From Octopus bimaculoides (lineage: Eukaryota): a stretch of 64,000 nucleotides of DNA. The notes below the pieces were generated by a model, which was given only the letters and a program-made list of their open reading frames with translations, was not told the origin of the DNA and did no database searches. The position numbers were made by a program, and so were the translations under genes. Position 1 is the stretch's first letter. Each line of letters opens with the position of its first letter. The stretch is taken from assembly GCF_001194135.2 (NCBI RefSeq), contig NC_068981.1:40778965-40842964 (forward strand), given 5' to 3'. Of the stretch, positions 38,448 through 52,270 are shown in pieces.

Positions 38448-41400
38448 CAACAACAACAACAACAATAATAATAATAATAATGATAATTAACTGCTTTATG
38501 TATTTACAGGTTGATAAAAATGCCTTACTTAAACGTTATAAGCAAGGTTGGTTATTGAAGATTGCTGCCAATTTAGATCATTGTGTTGATTTGATTCGAA
38601 CTGGTCGAAAAGAGAAAAAGCCAACAAGTATTGGTTACCATGGAAATGTTGTGGATTTATGGTAACTTTTATAAATATTTAAAGTGAAAAAAATATCACT
38701 TTGTTGAATTCACCTAAAAAACTGTTCATATTTCTTTAGATGTAATTTCAAATCAATAGCAAGGCATTATATGTTCTGAATTCCTATTGAGATTATTACA
38801 GAAGCTGGACTTAGTCGTCATATTTCTTATTTGTCAATGTGGATTAAAAACAAACTTTATTGAGTATTTTGTGCATTATCAAGGTCAGGTGCAAGTTAAC
38901 AGTTAATGGAAGATTTATTAGGGTTACCAAGGTTATTTATAAAGGAGCTAAAGTAAGCTTAAAATTAATAATACATAACTATTCAAGTAGCTTAATGTTT
39001 GGATAGGTATAACATATGTTTCCATTGTTTTTCAACCTGATGGCCTTCATCCTACAAACTGTCAGACGATGAAGTAAGAATAATTTTGTTTGTCAGTCAG
39101 ACACTAAGATAATGATCATTAATGAATAAGTGTTACAAAATTTAAACTAAAGGTCATGTAGAGACTAATCCAGCACATTGATCTTACTGACATTAAGCAA
39201 ATATTCTGACATGTTGATAACTCAGATTTTTATATATCATTAAGTGTAATAGATACGAACTTTGATCGATAAAGATGTATAAATTCTTGCCTATAGATCA
39301 AAGGTATTAATTTGCATTCTTGGGCAAGTCATGACTCTCTATTTGGCTACAAAATTAACAACCATTTCCTATTCCTGACAAAGTGGTTGGTACTAAGAAT
39401 TTCATCCCACTGTAAGCGTCCCCTCTTGGCCCATGTAAACTGAATAAATTATTCAAAAATCCTTTCGGTTCAGTTTTATTATGCAGAAGTTTATATGTAT
39501 TTCAGGAAAATTACTATAATTATTATGTTTATAATTCATATGTTGTGTTTCATCTTTTTAGGGATCGTTTGATTACGGAATATGAAAACACTGGTGAATT
39601 ACTTGTGGATTTGGGATCTGATCAAACATCATGCCACAATCCTTTTGCTGGAGGTTACTATCCAATGCAGGTATAAAATAAAATTAGAATACATAATTCA
39701 ATTCCAGTAACCAAACTGTGTTACCCATATATAATACCATTTTTTCTTTATATGATGTCAACATCTTACATCTATATCAGGGGTCCCCAAACTATTAAGA
39801 CCATCGACTCCTTCATGGAATCTTTGACTCTTCATCAACCCCCAGGCATTTACAAGAAAATAAATAAATAATAATAATAATCAAGTAGATGTGCATTTAT
39901 CGACCCTATGAATAGTCCCATCGATCCCCAGAGGTCGATATCAACCACTTTGGAGACCCCTGATCTGTATCAACTTTATAAAACAATTCATCCAGGAAGG
40001 TCTGTAGTCTAATGGTCACATGGAAAACATTAATATAGCCACCCCATCCAAAACATTAACAGCTTGCAACCCTTGAGGTCACTGCACATACAAAATCTCA
40101 TTATCACTCTGATTCTTCTCCTAGTTGACAAATCCTCCACCATAGTTAAAATGCATTACAAAGACTTGCCTTCCTCAAATTTAGAACAATGCTATTACTT
40201 ACTCATTCTAAACTACTGGTGCATTAACAACATTTTGTTTCACTACTTTATTGTACTACAGTGTATTTATCCAACATTAAACAGATGTAAACATCATGTC
40301 TTTGAATACAATATCTTCATGTAGAGAAAAAGAGGTAGCTACTGAACTAGTTTCAATCCTGTATTGAGATTTTGTCAGTAATTATATACTGTCTTCATGG
40401 CTGTGTGGTAAAAAGTTTACTTCCCAGCCACATTGTTCTAGGTTCAGTTGCACTGTATGGCAATTTGGGCAAGTGCCTTCTATTTCTACTATAGCCACAA
40501 GACAACCAAAGTCTTGTGAGTGGATATGGTAGGCAGAAACTGAAAGAAATCCATAATGTGTATGTGCGTGTGTGTCTTTGTGTCTGTATTTGCCCCCACC
40601 ACCATTTGACAACCAGTATTGGTGTGTTTACATACTTGTGACATAGCAGTTCAGCAAAAGATACCAATGGAATAAGTATCAAGCTTTAAAATATATATAT
40701 ATGAACTGGGGTCAATTTATTCAACTAAAATTTTTTCAATACAGTGCCCCAGCCTGGCCACGGTTTCATGACTACTATGAGTAAAAGATAAAAGATAAAC
40801 CTACTATTTAGTAGCTATATTTGTATCATACTTAATGTAAATACATCATGAAAAATCAAACTATTTTTTTTCTACAGTGTTCACCAGCAGATAATATCTG
40901 TTATGGACGTACTATGGATCTTTGTGGTTATTGTCACTGCATGTCGAAATCTTTAAAGAAATTTTTCAATGTTTTGTATAGATGTAATTTTTGACGCTGA
41001 ATCTGAATTTGTTATTCATTTATTCCAGAAAAATTTGGCAAAAATGTTACAGGCATTCAAAGTTTGATAATTTTCATAATTTTCAGCCAATCAGAAAAGA
41101 GCACATTCATTGCCTTTTCCATCATTTGTCACAGTAACAAGAAGTGGGTGGGTGGGGGGCACCGTCATGTCAAAACATTAAACTAGCTAAAGTAAACAGT
41201 GAACAAACATTAGAAGATTTGCTTGACAACCAATGTTGGTGTGTTTGCATCCCCATAACTTAGCGGTTTGGCAAAAGTGACTGATAGAATAAGTACTAGG
41301 CTTACAAAGAATAAGTCCTGGGGTCGATTTCCTCGACTAAAGGCAGTGCTCCAGCATGGCCACAGTCAAGTGACTGAAACAGGTAAAAGAGTAAAGAGTA

Positions 41401-44400
41401 AAGAGTAAGCAAATTGAATATTTAAAAGCTATAAAAAAACCAATAGGAGTTGCTAGAAATAACAGTCAAAACATTGCTTAAAACAGACATTTATTTGTTA
41501 AAAAACTCAAGAACAAAAGTTTGCAATACACTCTAGGATTTTATAAAATAAACTATCTTTCTCATATTTCCTTCTCCACANNNNNNNNNNNNNNNNNNNN
41601 NNNNNNNNNNNNNNNNNNNNNNNNNNNNNNNNNNNNNNNNNNNNNNNNNNNNNNNNNNNNNNNNNNNNNNNNNNNNNNNNNNNNNNNNNNNNNNNNNNNN
41701 NNNNNNNNNNNNNNNNNNNNNNNNNNNNNNNNNNNNNNNNNNNNNNNNNNNNNNNNNNNNNNNNNNNNNNNNNNNNNNNNNNNNNNNNNNNNNNNNNNNN
41801 NNNNNNNNNNNNNNNNNNNNNNNNNNNNNNNNNNNNNNNNNNNNNNNNNNNNNNNNNNNNNNNNNNNNNNNNNNNNNNNNNNNGTAAAATACTTGCTTCT
41901 GATGGCTAAAATAACCAAGTTTTGTAAATTTCAAAGGCTAATAACTTTTAATTATGAACTTATAGGAAAAAAGAGTTTCATTTTCTTAATTAGTATACAA
42001 AACTTAATCCACATACCAAATTTGAAAACAATTGGAACAAAATTGTTGACAGTGATGATAACCACAAAGATCCCGTACTGTGTTTTAAAACACAGCATAT
42101 ATTGGGAGCAGACAAAAATCATCCAGCAGTGATTGGTTAGATTGCTAGATGCACATTTCTGCCCCATTACACTTTGCTTGTAAGGTGGCGAGCTGGCAGA
42201 AACATTAGCATGCCAGGCGAAATGCTTAGCAGTATTTCATCTGTCTTTATGTTCTGAGTTCAAATTCCACCAAGGTCGACTTTGTCTTTCATCTTTTCAG
42301 GGTTGATAAATTAAGTACCAGTTGCGTACTGGGTGGATCTAATCAATTGGCCCCCTCCCCCAAAATTTCAGGCCTTGTGCCTAGAGTAGAAAAGATTGTA
42401 CTTTGCTTGTAGAATCTATTCACAACTACTATTTAGCAAATCAGATAAATTTTTTGCATACATAATGTAATTCTTCATTGTTTTATTAATAATTTATTGG
42501 TGTATTAATAAAATATTGTTTCACTGCCAGAATGTACAATATTATATTATACATTAGCCAACATAGTATAGAACAGATGAAAATACCTGGTTTTTGTATA
42601 TTTTGAATCAAATCTGGTTAATCTTCCCTTTAGCATTCAGATTTCTTTATCAAATGAATTCCTATTTATTCACATTGTTTTGAATTAATCATGCATTATC
42701 TTGTAGCTTCAAGATTTCAACAGTGTGTTTGTATATCTTTAGAATGACATTGTAGGGTAGGTGTGAGAGATTGGATCTGGTCAGTTTCAACATAAAGAAT
42801 ATTTGAGCTGGATATGGCCAGATTAAATGCTAAAGAGTTAAATTGTGTCCTAGCAGAATCATAAATACTGTGAATTGAATAATTTAATTATAAGTCCAGC
42901 AAAATAATTTTTTTATTGGTTTGGTTCAGAAGAAGAGACTGCTCCATTTTTTATTTCTGGCTGTGTGCTAAATCAATATAATAACCAAATCATCTTTTTT
43001 TTTTTTTTTTATCAACAGATAACTTTTGAAGAATCACAAATATTAATGCATGAAGACCCAGAGAAGTTCTGTCAATTAGTGCAGGAAACGTAAAAACAAT
43101 ATTTGCTTCTTAATTCATTCTGTGTTGATTCTCTTTTTAAAACACTGCCACAAAACGTGTTTTATATGAAATTTATCTCAAAATAGATGTGTGTGTGTTT
43201 GTGTATTTGGTAGATAGGCACTAAAAGTGCATGTATGTGTGTCTGTGTGTTTGTTTACATCTGTGCTTGCTTCTATGAAAGTTGCAATGTACAGGAAAGT
43301 CATCTGCTTGCTTTGCGCTATCAAAACCAAATGGGACAAGAGATCCTTTACTTGAAAAACAGGTGAAGGTCAGCATCAGGAAGAGTATCCAGCTATAAAA
43401 CAATGCTTCAATAAAATATCTGTCTAACCCATGCGAGCATAATAAGATGCATATGAAATGAATGAACAAATGTGTGTGTGTATGTGTGCGTGCTTCTGTT
43501 TGCACAATTTTAAAAATAGGCATTGTTTATATGTCCCATTTTACCCTGTAGCACAGAGGTTCAACAATCAGATAAATTCCAAATTATAATAAACACTAAT
43601 ATCAATATGTTCTACTTAAACTTTGAAGGTGGTGCCTCAACATGGCCTCAGTCCAATGACCAAAATCAGCTAAGGAATAAAAAATATAATAATATTTACA
43701 TAAATGCATACATTAATCCTTTAGTATTTAAACCAGCCTTGTGGAGGCGCAATGGCCCAGTGGTTAGGGCAGCAGACTCGTGGTCATAGGATCGTGGTTT
43801 CGATTCCCAGACTGGGCGTTGTGAGTGTTTATTGAGCGAAAACACCTAAATCTCCACGAGACTCCTGCAGGGGATGGCGGCGAACCCTGCTGTACTCTTT
43901 CACTACAACTCTCTCTCACTCTTACTTCCTGTTTCTGTTGTGCCTGTATTTTAAAGGGTCAGCCTTGTCACACTGTGTCACGCTGAATATCCCCGAGAAC
44001 TATGTTAAGGGTACACGTGTCTGTGGAGTGGTCAGCNNNNNNNNNNACGCTGAATATCCCCGAGAACTATGTTAAGGGTACACGTGTCTGTGGAGTGGTC
44101 AGCCACTTGCACGTTAATTTCACAAGCAGGCTGTTCCGTTGATCGGATCAACTGGAACCCTCAACGTTGTAAGCGATGGAGTGCCAACAACAACAACAAC
44201 AACATTTAAACCGGCCATATCTGGCCCAAATATACTACCTGTTTTATGTTCAAATTAAACAGATGTAGCCTCTCACATGTACACTCAAAAATACACAGTC
44301 ACATGATCAAAATCTTGAAGCTACAAAATAATGCATGATTAATTGATAGCAACATGAATCTGAATGCTAAGGGGTAGAAAAGATATAAAATACACAAATA

Positions 44401-47400
44401 CAATAAATTTCTGTTTTATTTCTTTGCCTCTTTAACAGTCTGAGACACCATGTAAAAGCTCTGAATAAGTTATCTGATCATGGAATGTTTTTCTGGGACT
44501 ATGGAAATGCTTTTCTTCTTGAGGCTGGTCATGCAGGTATAATTTTAAAATTCATTTTTTATTCATCAATTTCACTGTTAAATATTTTAAAATCTTATAG
44601 CTTAAAAAAGCATTCTGAATATCTTAGTGTGGATATACAGTAGAAAGCCACAAAACTGTAGTATTCACCTCAAGACAGCATCTCATATAAATGTATAGTG
44701 TTAAAAAACACAGAAGCATATCAGTAGCAGACAAAAAGTGTACAGCAGCTGCAGTTGAATTGCTAAATATAGATTCCTACATCCTTGAGCATCATCAGTA
44801 GTGAGTACCCACTAGCAACCACATACTTGGACAAATTTAGCTGCTAATGATATAGAAGAACAGGAGTAGGAAGAGGGGGAGGAGGATAATGATGATGAGA
44901 GAATGACAAAGGTCACAATGATATTGATAAAAGGGAAGAATGAATATATTTAATATTACAGTTTTAAAAGGCCTAATTATGCAGTCATCATCATCATCAT
45001 CATCGTTTAACGTCTGCCTTCCATGCTAGCATGGGTTGGACGATTTGACTGAGGACTGGTGAAACCGGATGGCAACACCAGGCTCCAATCTAATTTGGCA
45101 GAGTTTCTACAGCTGGATGCCCTTCCTAACGCCAACCACTCAGAGAGTGTAGTGGGTGCTTTTACGTGTCACCCGCACGAAAACGGCCACGCTCGAAATG
45201 GTGTCTTTTATGTGCCACCCGCACAAGAGCCAGTCCAGGGGCACCGGCAACGATCTCGCTCAAAAAACCTCATGTGTCACTCGCACAAGAGCCAGTCCAT
45301 AGGCACTGGCAACGATNNNNNNNNNNNNNNNNNNNNNNNNNNNNNNNNNNNNNNNNNNNNNNNNNNNNNNNNNNNNNNNNNNNNNNNNNNNNNNNNNNNN
45401 NNNNNNNNNNNNNNNNNNNNNNNNNNNNNNNNNNNNNNNNNNNNNNNNNNNNNNNNNNNNNNNNNNNNNNNNNNNNNNNNNNNNNNNNNNNNNNNNNNNN
45501 NNNNNNNNNNNNNNNNNNNNNNNNNNNNNNNNNNNNNNNNNNNNNNNNNNNNNNNNNNNNNNNNNNNNNNNNNNNNNNNNNNNNNNNNNNNNNNNNNNNN
45601 NNNNNNNNNNNNNNNNNNNNNNNNNNNNNNNNNNNNNNNNNNNNNNNNNNNNNNNNNNNNNNNNNNNNNNNNNNNNNNNNNNNNNNNNNNNNNNNNNNNN
45701 NNNNNNNNNNNNNNNNNNNNNNNNNNNNNNNNNNNNNNNNNNNNNNNNNNNNNNNNNNNNNNNNNNNNNNNNNNNNNNNNNNNNNNNNNNNNNNNNNNNN
45801 NNNNNNNNNNNNNNNNNNNNNNNNNNNNNNNNNNNNNNNNNNNNNNNNNNNNNNNNNNNNNNNNNNNNNNNNNNNNNNNNNNNNNNNNNNNNNNNNNNNN
45901 NNNNNNNNNNNNNNNNNNNNNNNNNNNNNNNNNNNNNNNNNNNNNNNNNNNNNNNNNNNNNNNNNNNNNNNNNNNNNNNNNNNNNNNNNNNNNNNNNNNN
46001 NNNNNNNNNNNNNNNNNNNNNNNNNNNNNNNNNNNNNNNNNNNNNNNNNNNNNNNNNNNNNNNNNNNNNNNNNNNNNNNNNNNNNNNNNNNNNNNNNNNN
46101 NNNNNNNNNNNNNNNNNNNNNNNNNNNNNNNNNNNNNNNNNNNNNNNNNNNNNNNNNNNNNNNNNNATGGGCACTGGCAACGATCTCGCACGAAAGATAT
46201 CATGTGTCGCCCGCATATGAGCCAGTCCAGGGGCACTGGCAACGATCCCGCTCGAAAGATTTCATGTGTCGCCCGCACATGAGCCAGTCCGGGGGGGGGC
46301 ACTGGCAAACGATCCCGCTCGAAAAAACCTCATGTGTCACCCGCACAAGAGCCAGCCCTGGGGCACCGGCAACGACCTCGCTCGAAAAACCTCATGTGTC
46401 ATTTTAATCAAATCAATTTGTCTTTGACAATGTGGAGAGGGGATTTTTAGAAGTGATATCTAAAAAATTACAAAACATTTTCATCTTATCCATTCTGATT
46501 TTATATTCTTGTTAAATCCAGTCAAACAGAAGTCTAGCATTTAAAATTATATTTTCAGTCAAATACAAGCATATGCCAGTCAACTACATATTATACAATA
46601 AATATTTCCTGAAGTTAGACTAATCATTCCTAAAGAAACCAAACTTCATTAAATTTTCAGAAAATCGAGAGACAAATTTGTATTTTAGTGACATGTTGGG
46701 TAACATGCTTGGGTAACAAGAGGATAAAACTTTGACATTACTCAATGGGATTACATGTAAATTAGTCTGAAATACTAAATTGACAATTGAAAACCATATT
46801 CTTTGTTTTTCTTGTATTTTTTTTCATCTGATTTAAGGAGCTGATGTTGGGAAATGTGAAACTATGTATGGAATAAAATTTCGGTATCCATCATATGTAC
46901 AAGATATCATGGGAGATATATTCTCTCTTGGATTTGGACCTTTCAGGTATTTTGGATTTTAAGTTTTTGCCTATAATCATTATTTTCACCGGATATTTAT
47001 TTATTTTATATTGTGATTCCAGAACAATAGCACTGTTGGTTATCAATTACCAGTTGACCCATAAGTATTCAATGCTTTTCTGATGATGAGCAATAAAATG
47101 AGTTTCTATGTAACTTGGTGCAGAACAAATATCACAATAGACTTCATTCAAGAGTCACCAGTTACTTCATTTTCTTTTCAGTATTTACACCCTTTGCCAA
47201 TATATAAAAATTACTGATATACAGATCAGATACATACATACATACATAGGTACTGTGAAGGTTGTAAGACATGGCATAGACAGTTACAGTGGAAACAATG
47301 TAGACTTTCAGCAGGAGGGGATGCAGCAGTCATTCTTACTGTGCTTACACACCAGAATTCATCCTCACATCTTTGAACAAAGTGATGGAAGATCTGAGCA

Positions 47401-48809
47401 AGGAAATGCAGACTTTGGCAAGATAGGCAGGTGTTGGAGTTACCACTATGAAGTTGGTTCTGAACGAGGGCCTTTGCTACCACTCATACTAGAGATGTGA
47501 GGGACAAATTGTGACAGTCAAGGTCAAAGAAAACCACTTCACAAAAACAAGGAAGCTCCCGAACAAGCTGGGGGATTCTGTTGAGCTGGGGATGATCTGG
47601 CTCTCAAATGAAAAGAATTTCTGCTAAGACCAATTGCACAACACCTAGAATAACAGGTGGCTTACCTACAATCCATGTGATGTCCCACATATCATAAACA
47701 CCAAATTCCCAAAAACTGTGATGATCTTTGGGTGTGTCTCCAGTGAGGATGATGTCATGTTGCCCCACATCTTTGCACAGAGCCTGAGGCTCTATTTAGA
47801 TGGCTATGTGAATCTATTAGAGATTGTGGTCAAACCCTGGCTAGAGAGATTTGCTACTGGAAGGTCATATGTGTGTGGCAGCAGGATTTGTTTCTTTGCC
47901 ATATCTCTGGAAAGAGTCAGAAATGGTTGTTGGAGAATTTCTATGAATTCATCAGCCCCAATTTCTGACATCCTAATTCCCCTGATTATAATAACATGGA
48001 TTACTATGTGTGGGGTGTAGTTAAGAGATATACCAACCACTGTGCCTGCAGCACCAAGGCCAAGCTAGCGGTCAAAATCAAGGAGGTGTTCTAAGATCTT
48101 CCCAAGTGAAGAACACATGTGCCAGGTTCTGGAGCTATCTTGAGACCATATTGGAAGCTGAGAGCAGCTACTTTGCATGAAATGTTTATTTCCCTGCCAT
48201 AATCTAGTTGATGTTTTTTGATTTATAAAATACGTTTCTATTTGGATGGGATATTGTTTTCTTTTCTTTTATGCAAACTGTCAAATTTAGCCTGAACTCC
48301 TTGTAAGCTACCAATTAATTTAATTCTTGGAGCACTTCAATTTATTATTTTCTTGTCAGCAAGTTATTAGCTATTTTCGTCCATATGACAATTATTTAAT
48401 GATATTACTAAATGTAAAACTAATGCATGTATATGTTATTGATATTTTCATGTCAAATTAAGATGGGTTTGTACATCAGGAGATAAAGAAGACCTTGAAA
48501 AATCAGATATGATTGCTGCAAATATTCTGGAAAAAATAGCATCAAAAACAAGTAAGTTTCAAAAATGCAACTTCTGTGAAAATTATTTATTTAAGAGTTT
48601 GCATGTTTTTAAATTTTTTTCTTTTAACACAATTCCAGTTTCTTTCAGACATGAATACCAAATTCTTACAAATAGTTGCAGGTATAGCTTGAGTTGCAAG
48701 CATGCATAACTGTGTGATTAGAAGTTTACCACTCAACCATGTAGCTTTAAGTTCAACCCTACTGCATGCACTTTACCTTGTCAGTTAATTCAGTTGGTAG
48801 AAACTGTAC

Positions 48810-48857
<48 letters not shown>

Positions 48858-49241
48858 AATATATAGACACAGTTGTAGTAGCTGTGTGGTAAGAAGTTTG
48901 CATCCCGACCATGATCCTGGATTTAGTCCCACTGCATGGCAACTTGGCCAGTGTCTGCTACTATAACCTCAGACCAATCAAGGCCTTGTGAGTGGATTTG
49001 GCCAACAGAAACTGAAAGAAACTCAGTGTGTGTGTGNNNNNNNNNNNNNNNNNNNNNNNNNNNNNNNNNNNNNNNNNNNNNNNNNNNNNNNNNNNNNNNN
49101 NNNNNNNNNNNNNNNNNNNNNNNNNNNNNNNNNNNNNNNNNNNNNNNNNNNNNNNNNNNNNNNNNNNNNNNNNNNNNNNNNNNNNNNNNNNNNNNNNNNN
49201 NNNNNNNNNNNNNNNNNNNNNNNNNNNNNNNNNNNNNNNNN

Positions 49242-49282
<41 letters not shown>

Positions 49283-52228
49283 CCATGTTTTTTCCCTTCC
49301 ACTATCACCTAACAACCAGCAATGGCATGTTTATGTCCCGCTAATTTAGCAGTTTGGCAAAAGTGACTAACAGAATAAGTACCAGGCTTAAAAAATAATA
49401 AATGCTGGGGTCAATTCATTTGGCTAAAATTCTTCAAGGCAATGCCCCAGTCTGGCCACAGTCTCATAAATGGAATAAGTAAAAGACAACAGATAAAAGA
49501 TACATATGTATATGTATATGCATATGTGTTTATTTGTATGCATGTATGTATTTGTCTGTGCAAATGTTTACAACCTTTGCAATAGGAGAAGCATCCAGCT
49601 GTAAAACAATGCCTCAATAATATACTAATCTAACATATAGTATATAGTTGACTGCATCTTGTGTTTCCGAGCTTGCAATCCAGTTCATTTTCCTGGGTGT
49701 TTGAACCGCAGATGGCTCCGCAATCCAAGGGTTGCATGAAACATACGGGGACATTGTGGACAAGGGATAGAAGGCGCTGCTTTCTCTCCCGTCTCTTGAG
49801 TTCAGCTCCTGTGACTCGGGCTTTCTCGAAGTCCAATGAACCCGTTTTGATGGTGTGTCTCCAGAGGGGTCTGTTTGCCGAGATATCCTCCCAGTGTGCT
49901 GGGTCAATGTTGGAAACAGACATAAAACAGATGAATTTATGAATTAATCTAATTGGTTTCAAAATCTATATATTACAACAGCTTCAAAGCAGCTACTCAT
50001 GGAGTTTAGGAAGTTACAGCCAATGTAAAAGAATTCCTTATATATGAGTGGGTGCCGGAAAGTTCCTGGCTTTAAGAGTATTGTGAAAGGCTTGATTGGA
50101 GGCCCAACCTTCTGAATTCTTTTACAGGGTTTAGAAAAACTGAAGAACTGCTGCAATAAGTGTGTGACTCTAAGAGGGAGATATGTTGAATAAAATCATA
50201 ATTAACTGATCCTCCTGTACTTTATTTTACCCAAAGCCAGGAACTTTTCAGCACCCCCGCGTACACTTTAATAAAGGATTCATGATATTACAGTCATCTT
50301 GTTGTTAGTAGCAACATAAATGAAGTGAATAAAAGTTAAGTTTGAAGATATTTGTTAAAAAACATCAGACTTTAGGTAATTCCTATATTTCAATTTGATT
50401 AAAAGGTATCTCTGAAATATATAATTGATTACTTTAAAAGCAAATTTAAATTGAGTTACAATGTACATTCACCTAGTAACCCTATCCTATAAGTAAGATA
50501 TTTTCCATCTTTATTTCTAATAATTCAGTGAAAAAAAAAACATAATTTACTAAAATATATAGTGAAAAACAATATAATTTACAAAAATATACAGTAATGG
50601 AGAAAAAAAATGAAATCAGTAAATAATCAAAACAGAGATTTGCACACTCCCTCATTCGTACATCACAGCAGAGGAAATAAGGGTTCTCCTCTAAAACTAG
50701 GAAGTTATTTTATCACCTAGTATCACTATGTTTCTCTCTTCTCCTCATCTCTGTCCCATCTTATCACCAAACTCTATATTAAACACTTCATATAAACCTT
50801 CATTCTTCAGAGTTTATGAAACACTATTCTTGTTCACATTTTTCCTTACTGATAATTAAACTGCAGAAGTTTAAGCTAACAGCAACTAAATCAACCAAAT
50901 CAGTCCCAGGATGGCCTGCTTAGCTATGAGTTCTGCCACTTTCCTTTATATTAAAATCTTTATCAAAGGAGGCAGAGTACCAGAGAGAAGCATACACAGT
51001 ATATTGTGGAAGTATAAACAATATATTTAATCAATATTTTATTCTTATGTTACTGCTGAGTCCAATTTTGTGTGCAATTTCATCCTAAATGCTTTGACAA
51101 ATTTTATTACAGGTTCCGCTGTTGTGAGAGAACAATATAAAGATAATATTCGCTGGATTAAAGAAGCTGGCCAACATAAAATGGTATGGTATACAAATAT
51201 TTTATATCCTAAAAGTCTTAGATATTCTTAATTTCATAGATGATATAATTATTTTTAGTACAATTTTTCAAGATGTGTTAATTATAGTGATATGCAAAGT
51301 TGATTTCTTTTTGTTTCTTTCATTTCTTTTACTTGTTTCAGTCATTGAACTGTAGCCATGCTGGAGCACTGCTTTGAATGACTTCAAATCAACTTCAGTA
51401 CTTATTTTTAAGTCTGGCACTTATTTTATCAGTCTCTTTTTCTGAACCATTAAATTGCAAGGACATAAACAAACACTGGTTATCAAATGGTGGGGAGATA
51501 TAAACACAAATACACACACACACACACGTGTGTGTGTGTATGTATGTATATATATCATCATCATCATCATCATCATCGTTTAACGTCCGCTTTCCATGCT
51601 AGCATGGGTTCGACGATTTGACTGAGGACTGGTGAAACCGGATGGCAACACCAGGCTCCAATCTAAATTTGGCAGAGTTTCTACAGCTGGATGCCCTTCC
51701 TAATGCCAACCACTCAATTATCTATTCACACACTACAAAAACCCAAACGTAAATCTGGCAGCATGTATAATACTACAGTATAAAGCTCGTCCACCTTCAG
51801 ATTTCACCCTGTGCTATCCAGTAGTAGTATTATACATGCTGCCAGATTTACGTTTAGGTTTTTGTAGTGTGTGAATAGATAATTGAAAAATGTGGAGTCA
51901 ATAAGGAGGAGTACAGTTGGTCATTTATTTGCAATCACTGCAATTGTTTCTGCACAATGCAGTTCTCCAGGCTTGCAGGTACTTGGTTATGCAACTGCTT
52001 CCTTGCATTATGAGATCTAGTTGTGTTTCCTCAGGTGATATATAAATATTTTCTCTGTAAATTCAAATCCTCAGCTTCAAGAGTATCCTATCTGTCTGTT
52101 GTGGCCTGGAGTTAGTAGTAGCCACTGAGTGTATCAAGAGATGTGTAGTTGCGTTGCATAGAAACAATTGTAACGATTGCAAATAAATTCCAACTGCATG
52201 CCTCTTTGTTGACTCCAACCTTTTCAAT

Positions 52229-52270
<42 letters not shown>

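Noticed and set aside
43741-43820. tRNA gene (strong A and B boxes); likewise the SINE-A and SINE-B heads
   Set aside because: No closing acceptor stem; continues into a SINE body with tail and TSD
43979-44104. About 57-bp direct repeat inside SINE-D on both sides of a 10-N gap
   Set aside because: Classic overlapping contig ends around a placeholder gap, not a biological duplication
45211-46400. Regularly spaced palindromic repeats as a CRISPR-like array
   Set aside because: Eukaryotic intron; whole units are repeated with no unique spacers and there are no cas genes. Kept as a minisatellite.
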